NCBI GenBank assembly: GCA_043804695.1
Contig: JAZDIV010000106.1
Span: forward strand, 344 to 64,343
Source of the DNA: PVC group bacterium
GTDB taxonomy: Bacteria; Auribacterota; Erginobacteria; Erginobacterales; Erginobacteraceae
Reading direction: 5' to 3'
Length of the DNA stretch: 64,000 nt
Position numbers and translations under genes: made by a program. Positions 8,630 to 17,957 of this stretch are shown piece after piece. Every line of letters starts with the position of its first letter. Position 1 is the stretch's first letter. The notes below the pieces were generated by a model, which saw only the letters and a list, made by a program, of their open reading frames with translations, did no database searches and was not told the origin of the DNA.

Positions 8630-9210
8630 GGAAGAGCGAGGTTATCCAGCGATCTTATCTTGGTGGTGGGACCGCCCTGGCTCTTCAACTGGGACATCGC
8701 GTCTCCTATGATCTGGATTTTTTCACCCCGGATGAATTTGACGAACAGCTGCTCGTGCCCCGCCTGGCGGAGATCTCCGATTTCCAGCTTGAAAAGATAG
8801 CCTGGCGGACGATCCTGGGTAAATATGGAGATGTGCTTTTTAGTATTTTTTATTATAATTATCCTCTGCTGTTCCCCCCCATGCTTTTTAATGGTATTAC
8901 TGTTATCGAAACCCGGGATATTGCGGCAATGAAGATAGCCGCCATCTCCGCCCGGGGGGTGAAAAGGGATTTTGTCGATCTTTATTTTATCTGCCGGGAC
9001 ATTATTTCACTTTATGATGCCATTAAATTATACGATGATAAATACGGTAACCTGAGCGCGAATGTTATCCATATTATCAAAAGCCTCGGCTATTTCGAGG
9101 ACGCGGATGCAGATGAGATGCCCCATCTCTTGAAAGACGTGAACTGGGATGAGGTAAAAAATTTCTTTCGGCACGAAGTCACACACATTTCGAAGCTGTT
9201 ACTGTTATGA
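8578..9210 (+). CDS. nucleotidyltransferase AbiEii/AbiGii-family toxin (type IV TA / abortive infection)
   Basis: LGGGTALALQLGHRVSYDLDFFTPDEF...IAAMKIAAISARGVKRDFVDLYF is the DUF1814/AbiEii signature. Start uncertain; GTG 8578 chosen, and the ORF is open from 8455. Confidence 0.75.
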   Translation: MFEKVLPGNTKEILALLGKSEVIQRSYLGGGTALALQLGHRVSYDLDFFTPDEFDEQLLVPRLAEISDFQLEKIAWRTILGKYGDVLFSIFYYNYPLLFPPMLFNGITVIETRDIAAMKIAAISARGVKRDFVDLYFICRDIISLYDAIKLYDDKYGNLSANVIHIIKSLGYFEDADADEMPHLLKDVNWDEVKNFFRHEVTHISKLLLL

Positions 9211-10580
9211 AAAAGGCTTTATTAATCTTTCTATCCACCATCTGGATGGTCCTGATCCCCTTATCGGTTCAATCCGATACGACGGCCTCGGTTTATATCA
9301 TCCCGGTACAAGGGGAAATCGAGAAGGGGCTGGTCTGGGTGATCCGACGCGGCATCGAGGAAGCGGAAGCGGCGGGCGCCTCCGCCATTGTCCTCGACAT
9401 GAACACCAACGGCGGCGCGGCGGATGCCACCGAGGAGATCATGGAACTTCTCACCCGGACCGATATCCCCACCTATACTTTTGTCGATATCAAGGCCTTC
9501 TCGGCCGGGTCCTACATCGCGGTCGCCACCGATCATATCTACATGGCGCCGGGATCAATGATCGGGGCGGCCACCCCGATCGCCGCTTCGCCCCTGACCG
9601 GCGCCGCCCAGCTCGACGACGCCCATGCCGAGAAGATCACCTCCGCCTTCCGGGCGATGATCGCCTCCACCGCGGAACAGAACGGCCATCCCGTCGAGGT
9701 GGTGGAAGCCATGGTGGACCGGGACGTGGAGATTCCGGATTTGATCGAGAAGGGGAAACTTCTCACCCTGACCAATAACAACGCGCTGGACGTGGGCCTC
9801 TCGGAAGGGACGGTCGATGACCTCGATGAACTTATCGGGGTGATCGGGTTCGAGGAGGCCCCGCGGGAAACGATTGTGATTACCCCGTCGGAAAAGCTGG
9901 CCCGGTTTCTCACCGGGTCCATGGTTACCGTCCTGCTTCTTCTGGGCGGCCTGGCCGGGCTCTATTTCGAAATCAAGACCCCGGGGTTCGGGCTGCCCGG
10001 AATCCTGGGGATCATCTGCCTGGCGCTCTTCTTCTTCGGCCATAACGTCGCCGGCCTGGCGGGTTATGAAGAGATCATTCTCTTCGCGGTCGGCCTGAGC
10101 CTGCTCTTTATCGAGCTTTTCATCACCCCCGGCTTCGGCCTTCTGGGTATCGCCGGGATTCTCTGCCTGATCGTCTCCTTCATCGCCGCCATGGGGAAGG
10201 GACCGATCTTTCATACCCCCACCATCCTCCATCCGAACTACTTTCCGGGCCTCTCCCAATTCGGGATCGCCCTGGCGGGGTTCCTGCTGATTAGCATGCT
10301 CACCTACCGGATTGTTTTCGGCCCGTCGTCGCCCCTCTACGGGAAGTTCGTCCTGACGGCGGAGGAGAGACGGGAGGAAGGATTTGAGAGCGCCGAGGCC
10401 GGTCTCAGCCGCCTGATCGGCTCCCGGGGCCCGGCGCTGACCACCCTGCGCCCGGCCGGAAAAGCGAAGTTCGAGGGGGAGTCCGTCAACGTGGTGTCGC
10501 GGGGCGAGTTCATCGACCGGGGAGACACCGTCGAGGTGATCGAGGTGGACAGCAACCGGGTGGTGGTGAAAAAAGTGTAA
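9207..10580 (+). CDS. nfeD: membrane-bound ClpP-class serine protease NfeD (long form)
   Basis: Signal/TM N-terminus, ClpP-like domain (IPVQGEIEKG, DMNTNGGAADA, AFSAGSYIA), central multi-TM block and C-terminal NfeD OB fold (GKAKFEGESVNVVSRGEFIDRGDTVEVIEVDSNRVVV). Confidence 0.85.
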   Translation: MKKALLIFLSTIWMVLIPLSVQSDTTASVYIIPVQGEIEKGLVWVIRRGIEEAEAAGASAIVLDMNTNGGAADATEEIMELLTRTDIPTYTFVDIKAFSAGSYIAVATDHIYMAPGSMIGAATPIAASPLTGAAQLDDAHAEKITSAFRAMIASTAEQNGHPVEVVEAMVDRDVEIPDLIEKGKLLTLTNNNALDVGLSEGTVDDLDELIGVIGFEEAPRETIVITPSEKLARFLTGSMVTVLLLLGGLAGLYFEIKTPGFGLPGILGIICLALFFFGHNVAGLAGYEEIILFAVGLSLLFIELFITPGFGLLGIAGILCLIVSFIAAMGKGPIFHTPTILHPNYFPGLSQFGIALAGFLLISMLTYRIVFGPSSPLYGKFVLTAEERREEGFESAEAGLSRLIGSRGPALTTLRPAGKAKFEGESVNVVSRGEFIDRGDTVEVIEVDSNRVVVKKV

Positions 10581-10821
10581 GACAGCAATCAGTAAACAGT
10601 GATCAGTAACCAACAGCCGGTATCGCAGAGCAGGGTAAAGGAACGACCCCTATTTTCGGGAGCTAATTGATTACTTCGGAATTTTAATAATCTTATTTTT
10701 TCTGTGAAAAAATAAGAATTGTATATCTAAAGCCGATAGATAAGTTATACTTCATGGTGTAAATGTTGGCTGAGATTATAAGGCTTTTTTTTCAGTGTTG
10801 CCTCGGTTAATTGATTTCAGT

Positions 10822-10892
10822 TTAACCAACAGACCCCCGACTGATTCAGTCGGGGGTCCAGTATAAATTTGCGAGCGCATCGAGCTAATTTA
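10822..10892 (+). repeat. bipartite intergenic repeat, copy 1 (GC hairpin + AT-stem hairpin)
   Basis: TTAACCAACAGACCCCCGACTGATTCAGTCGGGGGTCCAGTATAAATTTGCGAGCGCATCGAGCTAATTTAT ends at the ATG of the next gene. Homologous copies at 19125-19197 and 55981-56056. Confidence 0.75.
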
Positions 10893-11398
10893 TGATCTGG
10901 ATCATATTTTTGTTCGTCGTCGGGCTGTTGATGGTCTGTCTGGAAGTTTTTATCCCCGGAGGGATCGTCGGAACCCTGGGGGCGGTTGCCATGATCGGAT
11001 CCGTCATCCTGGGTTTTACCGATCGGGGAACCGCCTTCGGGTTCTACTGGATGGGAGGTGTTCTCATCCTGACCCTGTTCGGGCTGTATCTCTCAATCAG
11101 GTTTCTGCCGCGTTCCCCCGCCGGCCGTCGCCTCTTCCTCCACTCGTCCGAGGCCGGATATGCCGTTGCGGGTGAAGAGGGTGAAGGTTTAATCGGGAAA
11201 ACCGGCCTCGCCTTCACCGATCTTCGCCCGGCCGGACTAATCGACGTGGAGGAAAGAAGGATCGATGTCGTGACCGGCGGTGAATACATTGTCAAGGGGA
11301 GAACGGTAACGGTGATCGGGGTGGAAGGAAACCGGGTGATCGTTGCCGAACGAGACACGAAGGATGAAGGACGAGGGACGATGGACGAAAAAAGCTGA
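10892..11398 (+). CDS. NfeD-family membrane protein (short form: TM segments + OB fold)
   Basis: Three hydrophobic helices, then GLIDVEERRIDVVTGGEYIVKGRTVTVIGVEGNRVIV (NfeD C-terminal OB-fold pattern). Lies between nfeD and floA. Confidence 0.75.
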   Translation: MIWIIFLFVVGLLMVCLEVFIPGGIVGTLGAVAMIGSVILGFTDRGTAFGFYWMGGVLILTLFGLYLSIRFLPRSPAGRRLFLHSSEAGYAVAGEEGEGLIGKTGLAFTDLRPAGLIDVEERRIDVVTGGEYIVKGRTVTVIGVEGNRVIVAERDTKDEGRGTMDEKS

Positions 11399-11580
11399 AC
11401 GCTCAACATGCAACGTCCAACTTTGAACTCTGAACGTTCACCGGGATCCGGCCTGCTGTTTTAGCAGAACCGGTATATCCGGCCCTTAAAAATGTTGATC
11501 TCGTTCTGTTGTGCAGTATAATGAATTCGAAAATGCATTATCACGTTACTACCGGGACTATCGTTGTCATTGTTCAAAAT

Positions 11581-11607
11581 TATAATTTTTTCGTAGAAAA
11601 AATTATA
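11581..11607. repeat. perfect 11-bp AT hairpin immediately 5' of the floA Shine-Dalgarno sequence
   Basis: TATAATTTTTT-cgtag-AAAAAATTATA, followed by TAAGGAGG and ATG at 11623. Confidence 0.7.
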
Positions 11608-11622
11608 TAAGGAGGTAATGTC

Positions 11623-12633
11623 ATGGGACAGAGCATCGCGCCGTTGATCATCACGGTTATCATCATCATCGCCCTGATCTTTCTGGGGATCTTTTTCTAT
11701 TTCCTTAAAGTGTGGGTCCGGGCGCTGGCGTCGGGAGCGCGTGTCACCATCGCCAACCTGGTGGGGATGAAGTTGCGGGGGATCAAGCCGGTCATCATCG
11801 TTGACGCCAAGATCATGGCCACCAAGGCCGGCCTGGTCGTCGCCACCAACGATCTGGAGGCCCACTACCTGGCGGGGGGAAGCGTCGGAAAGGTGACGCG
11901 GGCCCTGATCGCGGCCGACAAGGCCACCATCCCGCTTACCTTCAAGAAGGCCTGCGCCATCGACCTGGCCGGCCGCGACATCGAGGACGCGGTCCGGACC
12001 AGCGTCAATCCCCGGGTGATCGATTGCCCCGATCCCACCAAGGGGAAAAACACCGTGGACGCGGTGGCGATGGACGGGATCCAGCTGAACGCGAAAGCCC
12101 GGGTTACCATCCGGGCCAACATCGACCGCCTGGTCGGGGGGGCGACCGACGAGACGATCATCGCCCGGGTGGGGGAGGGGATCGTCACTGCGATCGGCTC
12201 CGCCGAGACCTACAAGCGGGTGCTGGAAAACCCGGACAGCATTTCCAAGCGGGTGCTGGCCAAGGGCCTGGACGCCGGAACCGCCTTCGAGATCCTCTCG
12301 ATCGATATCGCCGATGTCGACGTGGGAAAGAATGTGGGTGCCGAGCTTCAGCAGCGGCAGGCCCAGGCCGACCTGGAGATTGCCAAGGCCAAGGCCGAAG
12401 AGCGGCGGGCGATGGCGGTCGCGTACGAGCAGGAGATGAAGGCGCGGGTCCAAGAGATGCGGGCCAAAGTGGTGGAGGCGGAAGCCGAGGTTCCCCGGGC
12501 GATGGCCCAGGCCTTCCGGGAAGGAAATCTGGGGATTCTGGATTACTACCGCTTCAACAACATCAAGGCCGACACCAGGATGAGGGACTCGATCTCCGGA
12601 ATGGGTTCGGGGGACAAAAAACCGACGGGGTAA
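11623..12633 (+). CDS. floA: flotillin-like protein FloA (UPF0365 family)
   Basis: N-terminal [42 protein letters not shown] is the FloA/YqfA signature. SPFH-like core and Ala/Glu-rich coiled-coil tail. Follows nfeD genes as in Bacillus yqeZ-floA. Confidence 0.9.
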   Translation: MGQSIAPLIITVIIIIALIFLGIFFYFLKVWVRALASGARVTIANLVGMKLRGIKPVIIVDAKIMATKAGLVVATNDLEAHYLAGGSVGKVTRALIAADKATIPLTFKKACAIDLAGRDIEDAVRTSVNPRVIDCPDPTKGKNTVDAVAMDGIQLNAKARVTIRANIDRLVGGATDETIIARVGEGIVTAIGSAETYKRVLENPDSISKRVLAKGLDAGTAFEILSIDIADVDVGKNVGAELQQRQAQADLEIAKAKAEERRAMAVAYEQEMKARVQEMRAKVVEAEAEVPRAMAQAFREGNLGILDYYRFNNIKADTRMRDSISGMGSGDKKPTG

Positions 12634-12776
12634 AAAGAGAAGTGGGCTAAAGTGAACTAAAGTGCCTAAAGTGCCTAAAGCTGAAAATCTGGCTCACTGC
12701 TCATGAATTTTACGTCGGAGGAGCATACGCTTCCACTGGACGACAATCTATTATTTTTACGGAGTAAAAATAATAA

Positions 12777-13304
12777 ATGAAAGGCGGGGACTGGATATGG
12801 GTCATGCTCGCCCTCTTCGGGCTTTTTCGGCTGCTTCTTCTGGCCGGGAAAAAGAAGAGAGAGGGTGCGTCTCCACCCCCTCCGGGGCCCCGGCGCTCGC
12901 CCCCGGCTCCCCCCCGGTCCGATGGCGATGTCGATCGGCTTAAGCAGTTCATTGATAAGCTGACCGACCAGTTCGGAGTCCCGCCCCGGCCGGTTCCTCC
13001 CGCCTCGCAACGCCAGCGCCTGATGAGGACTCCTCCACCGCCGCCCCGCTATGGAGATGAAGGAGAGCGTCCGCCCCGCCACCCCCGATCCCGGAAAGAC
13101 CGGGGTCCGAAGTCCTCCCATCCGCCGCTACCGGGCGCCGACCGGCTCCCGCCGGTTGAAGCGATGCCGGACCGCCCGGCGCTGCCAGGACTGTTCTCTT
13201 ATTCATCCGATCCGGTCATCCAGGGTATCATCTTTTTCGAGATTCTCGGGCCGCCCCGCAGCCTGCGGGGAGAGAACCGGCTGCCCTCGGATCCCGGCAC
13301 CTGA
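12777..13304 (+). CDS. hypothetical membrane-anchored proline-rich protein
   Basis: One N-terminal TM (WIWVMLALFGLFRLLLLAG), then a Pro/Arg-rich low-complexity region. A 12-bp AT hairpin (12749-12775) abuts the ATG as at other real starts here. No recognisable family. Confidence 0.35.
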   Translation: MKGGDWIWVMLALFGLFRLLLLAGKKKREGASPPPPGPRRSPPAPPRSDGDVDRLKQFIDKLTDQFGVPPRPVPPASQRQRLMRTPPPPPRYGDEGERPPRHPRSRKDRGPKSSHPPLPGADRLPPVEAMPDRPALPGLFSYSSDPVIQGIIFFEILGPPRSLRGENRLPSDPGT

Positions 13305-13394
13305 TCGCCGGGCCGGGAAAGGAGTCTTCTCCCGCCGCCGGCTGCCCGGTGCGCAGCCTCCCTGTCACCTGGCGGTCCGGACCGTGCTCGAAAA

Positions 13395-13432
13395 GATATT
13401 ATGATACTGCGGCGGAGACCCGATATGATACT
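13395..13432 (+). promoter_or_regulatory. AT-rich island with direct repeat TATGATACT x2 upstream of the glycan locus
   Basis: TATGATACT at 13400-13408 and 13424-13432 (24-bp register), 20 nt before GTG 13453. Each copy contains a -10-like TATGAT. Confidence 0.3.
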
Positions 13433-13452
13433 ATTGGGCCCGCGCCGGAAGA

Positions 13453-14910
13453 GTGAAAACGGCGCGGAAATCAACGCCGGAGACATCGTTGAAGTCGAAA
13501 ATAGTCATTCTCTATCTGATCATCGACCTGATCCTGATCGCCCTCTGCCTCTACCCCCCCTATGTTTTTAAGTACAATCCGGACGCTCTGGCGCGGATCA
13601 GCGCCCGCGGCACCCTGAAGGTGCTCTGGCTGCCCAATCTGGGGCAGCACTCGCTGATCTTCCTTTTCTGGGCGGTGCTGATCGTCATCCTTTTCCGGAT
13701 GTACAACCTCTACGCCACCGATCGGACCATCTCCTACCTGGACGAAGCGCTTTTAATCGTCCGGGCGCTTTTTCTGGCATTGCTGCCGGCCGCCGCCGCC
13801 GTCTTTTTTCTCCAGATCAAGATCTTCTCCCGGATCGTCTTCGTCATCCAGTCCTCTGCTCTCCTGATCTCTCTGACCTTCTGGCGGATGCTCAAGCGGT
13901 ATCTGGTCCGCCGCCGCGTCGCCCGGGGGTTCAACAACCAGCACGTTTTAATCATCGGGGCCGGGAAGGTGGGGTGGGCGCTGGCCCGGGAGGTGGCCAA
14001 GCACCCGTACCTGGGCCTCAAAGTGGTCGGCTTCCTGGACGACCGCCTGTCCGGTACGATTGGCGGTTACCCGGTGCTGGGCGGTTCCGACGACTTTGAA
14101 AAAGTGGTTAGCAAGCATTTCGTCGACGAGGTCCTGGTCTCCATTCCGTCCGAGCGGCGGCTGGTCGCGCGTTTGATCCTTTCCGCCCGGGAGCTGGGGA
14201 AGAGCATCCGGGTGGTCCCGGATCTTCTGAGCATGGGGATGGAAGGGATCAAGGCCGGCCATCTGGGGCTGATCCCCCTGCTGGAGTACTACAACAAGGG
14301 CCTGCACGGCGCCGACCTCTTCCTGAAGAGGTTTTTCGATATCGTGGTCTCCTTCCTGGCCCTGATCGTTTTGCTGCCGGTTTTTGTCGTCATCGCCGTG
14401 GCCATCATGCTGGATTCGCCCGGCCCGGTCTTCTACGTTTCGAAACGGAACGGAAAGAAGGGGAAGCTCTTCAACTTCTACAAGTTCAGGACCATGGCCA
14501 AGGACGCCGACAAGATGCTGGAGTCGCTCCGTCACCTCGATAAGACCGCCGGCCCGACCTTCAAGATGAAGAACGACCCCCGGGTCAGCCGGGTGGGGCG
14601 GTTTCTCCGGCGGTACAGCCTCGACGAGCTGCCCCAGCTCTGGAATGTCCTGAAAGGTGACATGAGCCTGGTCGGGCCCCGTCCCCCCACCCCCAACGAG
14701 GTGGAGAAGTACGCCCACTGGCAGCTGAGAAGGCTGGAGATCCGCCCGGGGCTGACCTGCCTCTGGCAGGTCAGGGGACGGAGCAACCTCTCGTTTCGGG
14801 AATGGATGAAGCTCGATATCTTCTATATCGAGAACTGGTCCTTCTGGCTGGACATCAAGATCATCCTCCGGACGATCGTGGTCGTGATCCGGGGCGAGGG
14901 GGCGTACTGA
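13453..14910 (+). CDS. polyprenyl-phosphate sugar phosphotransferase (priming phosphoglycosyl transferase, WbaP/EpsB-like)
   Basis: N-terminal TM helices, Rossmann-like segment ([14 protein letters not shown]) and a C-terminal bacterial sugar-transferase domain (KRFFDIVVS..., [39 protein letters not shown]). Confidence 0.9.
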   Translation: MKTARKSTPETSLKSKIVILYLIIDLILIALCLYPPYVFKYNPDALARISARGTLKVLWLPNLGQHSLIFLFWAVLIVILFRMYNLYATDRTISYLDEALLIVRALFLALLPAAAAVFFLQIKIFSRIVFVIQSSALLISLTFWRMLKRYLVRRRVARGFNNQHVLIIGAGKVGWALAREVAKHPYLGLKVVGFLDDRLSGTIGGYPVLGGSDDFEKVVSKHFVDEVLVSIPSERRLVARLILSARELGKSIRVVPDLLSMGMEGIKAGHLGLIPLLEYYNKGLHGADLFLKRFFDIVVSFLALIVLLPVFVVIAVAIMLDSPGPVFYVSKRNGKKGKLFNFYKFRTMAKDADKMLESLRHLDKTAGPTFKMKNDPRVSRVGRFLRRYSLDELPQLWNVLKGDMSLVGPRPPTPNEVEKYAHWQLRRLEIRPGLTCLWQVRGRSNLSFREWMKLDIFYIENWSFWLDIKIILRTIVVVIRGEGAY

Positions 14911-15108
14911 GAAGCCGGAGTGATGGAGTGGTGGAGTATTGGGGTAATGGATAGGGCCTGGAGCTGGGTTAGTGGCGTGCTTCTTCCCGCCGCTCCATTA
15001 TTCCAACACTCCATATTAAGTCAACCGACGCTTGCGACCGCGCCGGGTCATCTCGTTTCTCCCATCCTACCGGGGAGATAGCTCTTTCATTGTTACCTCT
15101 GAGACGCG

Positions 15109-16791
15109 GTGATAATGATGAGATATAGATACAAAAAAATCCTCCCGGCGGTGGTGGTTCTTCTTTTTCTCTCTGTCGCCGCCAGCCGGCTTTTTTATAC
15201 CCCCCCCCTCCTGGGGAGCCGCTGGTACAACCTCCCGGGCCGTGTCTATGATTTCTTTGCCCACGTGTATTATTCCACCCGCTCGGACTGGCTGAAGTCC
15301 GGCGGACAGGAGGTCGCCTCCCGCCGGGCGTCAGCCCGAGCGGCCTGGCACCGCCCCTCCTGGTCCCGGGAGCTTTTAGGGATCGGGCCCGAGGATTCTT
15401 TGGGATTGGCCCGAGAGTATGCCGCCCTCGGTTTGAATTATGAAGCGGCCCGGCTTTTTCAAAAGGCCCTCCCCGACGTGCTTTCAGATGAGGACAAATC
15501 GTTGGAGATAGTATCCTACCTGGCGTTTTTTGATCAATGGTCCGATGTTGCCCGGGTGGCGGAAAAGCTGCTGAACGTGACACCGCGGTTACCCGAAGCG
15601 AATTACTGGTATGGGAGAGCGCTTCTGGAAACGGGTCGGCCCGGGGAGGCTCTCGAGTACCTCGAGAAGGCGGTTGGACATGCTCCCTTCCGCATCGACG
15701 CGCGCTATCAGGCCGCCCGGTCGGCGGAAAAATTGAATCAAAAAAACAGCGCCCGTTCCCGTTATGAAGAAGTCGTGGCGGAGATGCCGGGGCATCGGGA
15801 AGCGTGGAAGGCCCTGGATCGCCTCTATGGCGCCGGGGGAGAGGCAACCCGGCAAAAGTTTGCCCGCCGCCGCTGGACCGGGCTCACCCCGGCCATACCC
15901 CTGGAAGTTCATTCCCGAAACCGGTTTATCCTCCGGGGATACAGTTTATCCCCCGGGGACGTTCCAACCGGCGGGAAAATTGCTCTGGCTTTATTCCTGG
16001 AAGGGTGGGATTCTGGTTCCGCGCCTGTGCGGCCGGAGGCGGTTCTGATCTCACGTGCCTGCCCGCAAAGGATTTCCCGGAAAGGAGATGCGGTTGCCGT
16101 CCCGGCGACCGGTGAAGTGGCCGTCTCTGTGTTTGAGTGGGCGCTTCCTTCTGTTTTATATCCGGGGAGGGTTGATCTGGAAATCTCCTTCACTGACCCG
16201 GAGTCAGGGGTACCGCTGCGTTTAAACGGGGCGGAATCCCTGCCGATCGGTTCTTTTCTCTTGACGCCGGCCTGGATGGCCGCCCCCGGCCAGCCTGACC
16301 GGATAAATCAGCAGTTCGGGCCGGACGCATGGGCTCTGGGAAAGACGACATTCCTGGGACCCGGATCGGAACTGGATTATGTGCTCGACCGGGAAGAGCG
16401 GGCGGCGGCGATAGGACTTATCTCTTACGCTCATACCAGCGGATCGCTTCCGCAGGACAGCGTGCTGGCGCAGATTGTTGTTCAGACTGCGGAAGAGGGG
16501 GAAATTGTTTTCCCGGTCCGGGTCGGCAGCGAAACTGCGGAAGTCTGGTGGGAGTATTACCCGGCCGGTTACCGCCGGCACCGGCAGGCTCCCATTTTCA
16601 ACAGCTGGCCGGTTCATTCCGGTGAGCAGTCATTTCAGGCGCATGAATACTGGGCCGTTTTTCCCTTTTCCGGGCCTGCCACCATCCGGTCGCTGCGGCT
16701 GAGGAACATGACCCGGCGGAGCGGAATACATGTTGGCGATATTATCTTGATACCGCCCCGAGCAAAGGATGTCACTGCGGTGGAGCAATGA
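15109..16791 (+). CDS. membrane-anchored TPR-repeat protein with uncharacterised beta-rich C-terminal half
   Basis: N-terminal TM (ILPAVVVLLFLSVAA). TPR-like helices (ANYWYGRALLETGRPGEALEYLEKAV...ARYQAARSAEKL). No catalytic motif seen. Confidence 0.55.
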   Translation: MIMMRYRYKKILPAVVVLLFLSVAASRLFYTPPLLGSRWYNLPGRVYDFFAHVYYSTRSDWLKSGGQEVASRRASARAAWHRPSWSRELLGIGPEDSLGLAREYAALGLNYEAARLFQKALPDVLSDEDKSLEIVSYLAFFDQWSDVARVAEKLLNVTPRLPEANYWYGRALLETGRPGEALEYLEKAVGHAPFRIDARYQAARSAEKLNQKNSARSRYEEVVAEMPGHREAWKALDRLYGAGGEATRQKFARRRWTGLTPAIPLEVHSRNRFILRGYSLSPGDVPTGGKIALALFLEGWDSGSAPVRPEAVLISRACPQRISRKGDAVAVPATGEVAVSVFEWALPSVLYPGRVDLEISFTDPESGVPLRLNGAESLPIGSFLLTPAWMAAPGQPDRINQQFGPDAWALGKTTFLGPGSELDYVLDREERAAAIGLISYAHTSGSLPQDSVLAQIVVQTAEEGEIVFPVRVGSETAEVWWEYYPAGYRRHRQAPIFNSWPVHSGEQSFQAHEYWAVFPFSGPATIRSLRLRNMTRRSGIHVGDIILIPPRAKDVTAVEQ

Positions 16792-16954
16792 TGCCGCCGC
16801 CGGTTTTACCGGCCGGCCGGGATAGAGGGCAGGTCGGGCCGGGGCCGGCTCAATCTCATCACGGCCAAACAATTTCTATCACTATTTCCGGATAATGCTA
16901 CAGTTAAGATATATAAACAGAAAATATTAGGAGTCACAAGCAGTTTGATCGCGG

Positions 16955-17947
16955 TTGCTGAAAAATATGATGGAAGCAGCTATAATCACAACTTACCGGT
17001 GTAATTGCCGTTGCGTGATGTGCAACATCTGGAAGCATCCGACCAGGGTTGAGGAGGAGTTCAAGCCGGAAATTCTAAAGAAACTGCCGCGGCTCGATTT
17101 TGCCAACCTCACCGGAGGCGAGCCATTTCTGAGAAATGACATCGGGGAGATCGTCTCTATCTTGAAGTCCCGTGCCCGGCGGATCGTTATCAGCACCAAC
17201 GGCTATTTCACGGACAAGATCATCAACCTGGTCCGGTCGGAGGGGGATATCGGGATCCGGATCAGCATCGAGGGCTTGCCCGCCGCCAACGATGAGCTCC
17301 GGGGGATCAAAGACGGCTTTGATCACGGTCTGAGAACCCTCCTGGAACTTCAACGGCTGGGGCTGAAAGATATCGGATTCGGGATTACCGTGTCAGACCG
17401 CAACGCCTGGGACATGCTGGAGCTCTACCAGCTGGCGAAGGCGATGAAGGTGGAATTCGCCACGGCGGCGGTGCATAATTCATACTATTTTCATAAAGGT
17501 GATAACGAGATACGCGAAAAAGGAACCGTCATAGGAAGTTTTGAGGAACTGGTCGAAGAACTGTTACGATCGCGAAGGCTGAAGAACTGGTTCCGGGCGT
17601 ATTTCAATCACGGCCTGATTAATTACATCAGAGGTAATCCGCGGCTGCTTCCCTGTGGAGCAGGGGAAGAGATGTTTTTCCTCGACCCCTTCGGAGAGAT
17701 CCGGCCCTGCAACGGGATGGACGAGGCTTCTTTTGAGACCAGCATGGGCAACCTGAATGAGCAGACATTCGAAGAGATATGGAACAGTGAACGTGGACGC
17801 TGGGTGAGGGAGAAGGCCGCCACCTGCACCAAGAACTGCTGGATGATCGGGACCGCCTCCCCGGCGATGAAGAAACACTTGGCAAAACCATTGACCTGGG
17901 TGTTCAAAAATAAATGTAGATTGATATTATCCGGCAGACGTATTTGA
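16955..17947 (+). CDS. radical SAM enzyme with Cys-rich (SPASM/twitch-like) C-terminus
   Basis: CNCRCVMC gives Cx3Cx2C at 17000-17023. GGEPFL. C-terminal Cys residues (LLPCGAG...IRPCNG...CTKNCW). Paralogue of the 26515 gene. Confidence 0.8.
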   Translation: MLKNMMEAAIITTYRCNCRCVMCNIWKHPTRVEEEFKPEILKKLPRLDFANLTGGEPFLRNDIGEIVSILKSRARRIVISTNGYFTDKIINLVRSEGDIGIRISIEGLPAANDELRGIKDGFDHGLRTLLELQRLGLKDIGFGITVSDRNAWDMLELYQLAKAMKVEFATAAVHNSYYFHKGDNEIREKGTVIGSFEELVEELLRSRRLKNWFRAYFNHGLINYIRGNPRLLPCGAGEEMFFLDPFGEIRPCNGMDEASFETSMGNLNEQTFEEIWNSERGRWVREKAATCTKNCWMIGTASPAMKKHLAKPLTWVFKNKCRLILSGRRI

Positions 17948-17957
17948 TTTTAAGGCA

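Noticed and set aside
12647-12682. Short tandem repeats (CTAAAGTG x4 at 12647-12682; CCAATTCTTC x4 at about 5941-5984; TAATTCG x3 at about 53725-53750)
   Set aside because: These are real repeats, but they are low-complexity intergenic filler of the same kind seen throughout the window. Too few units and no associated genes, so they are not CRISPR or another specific system.
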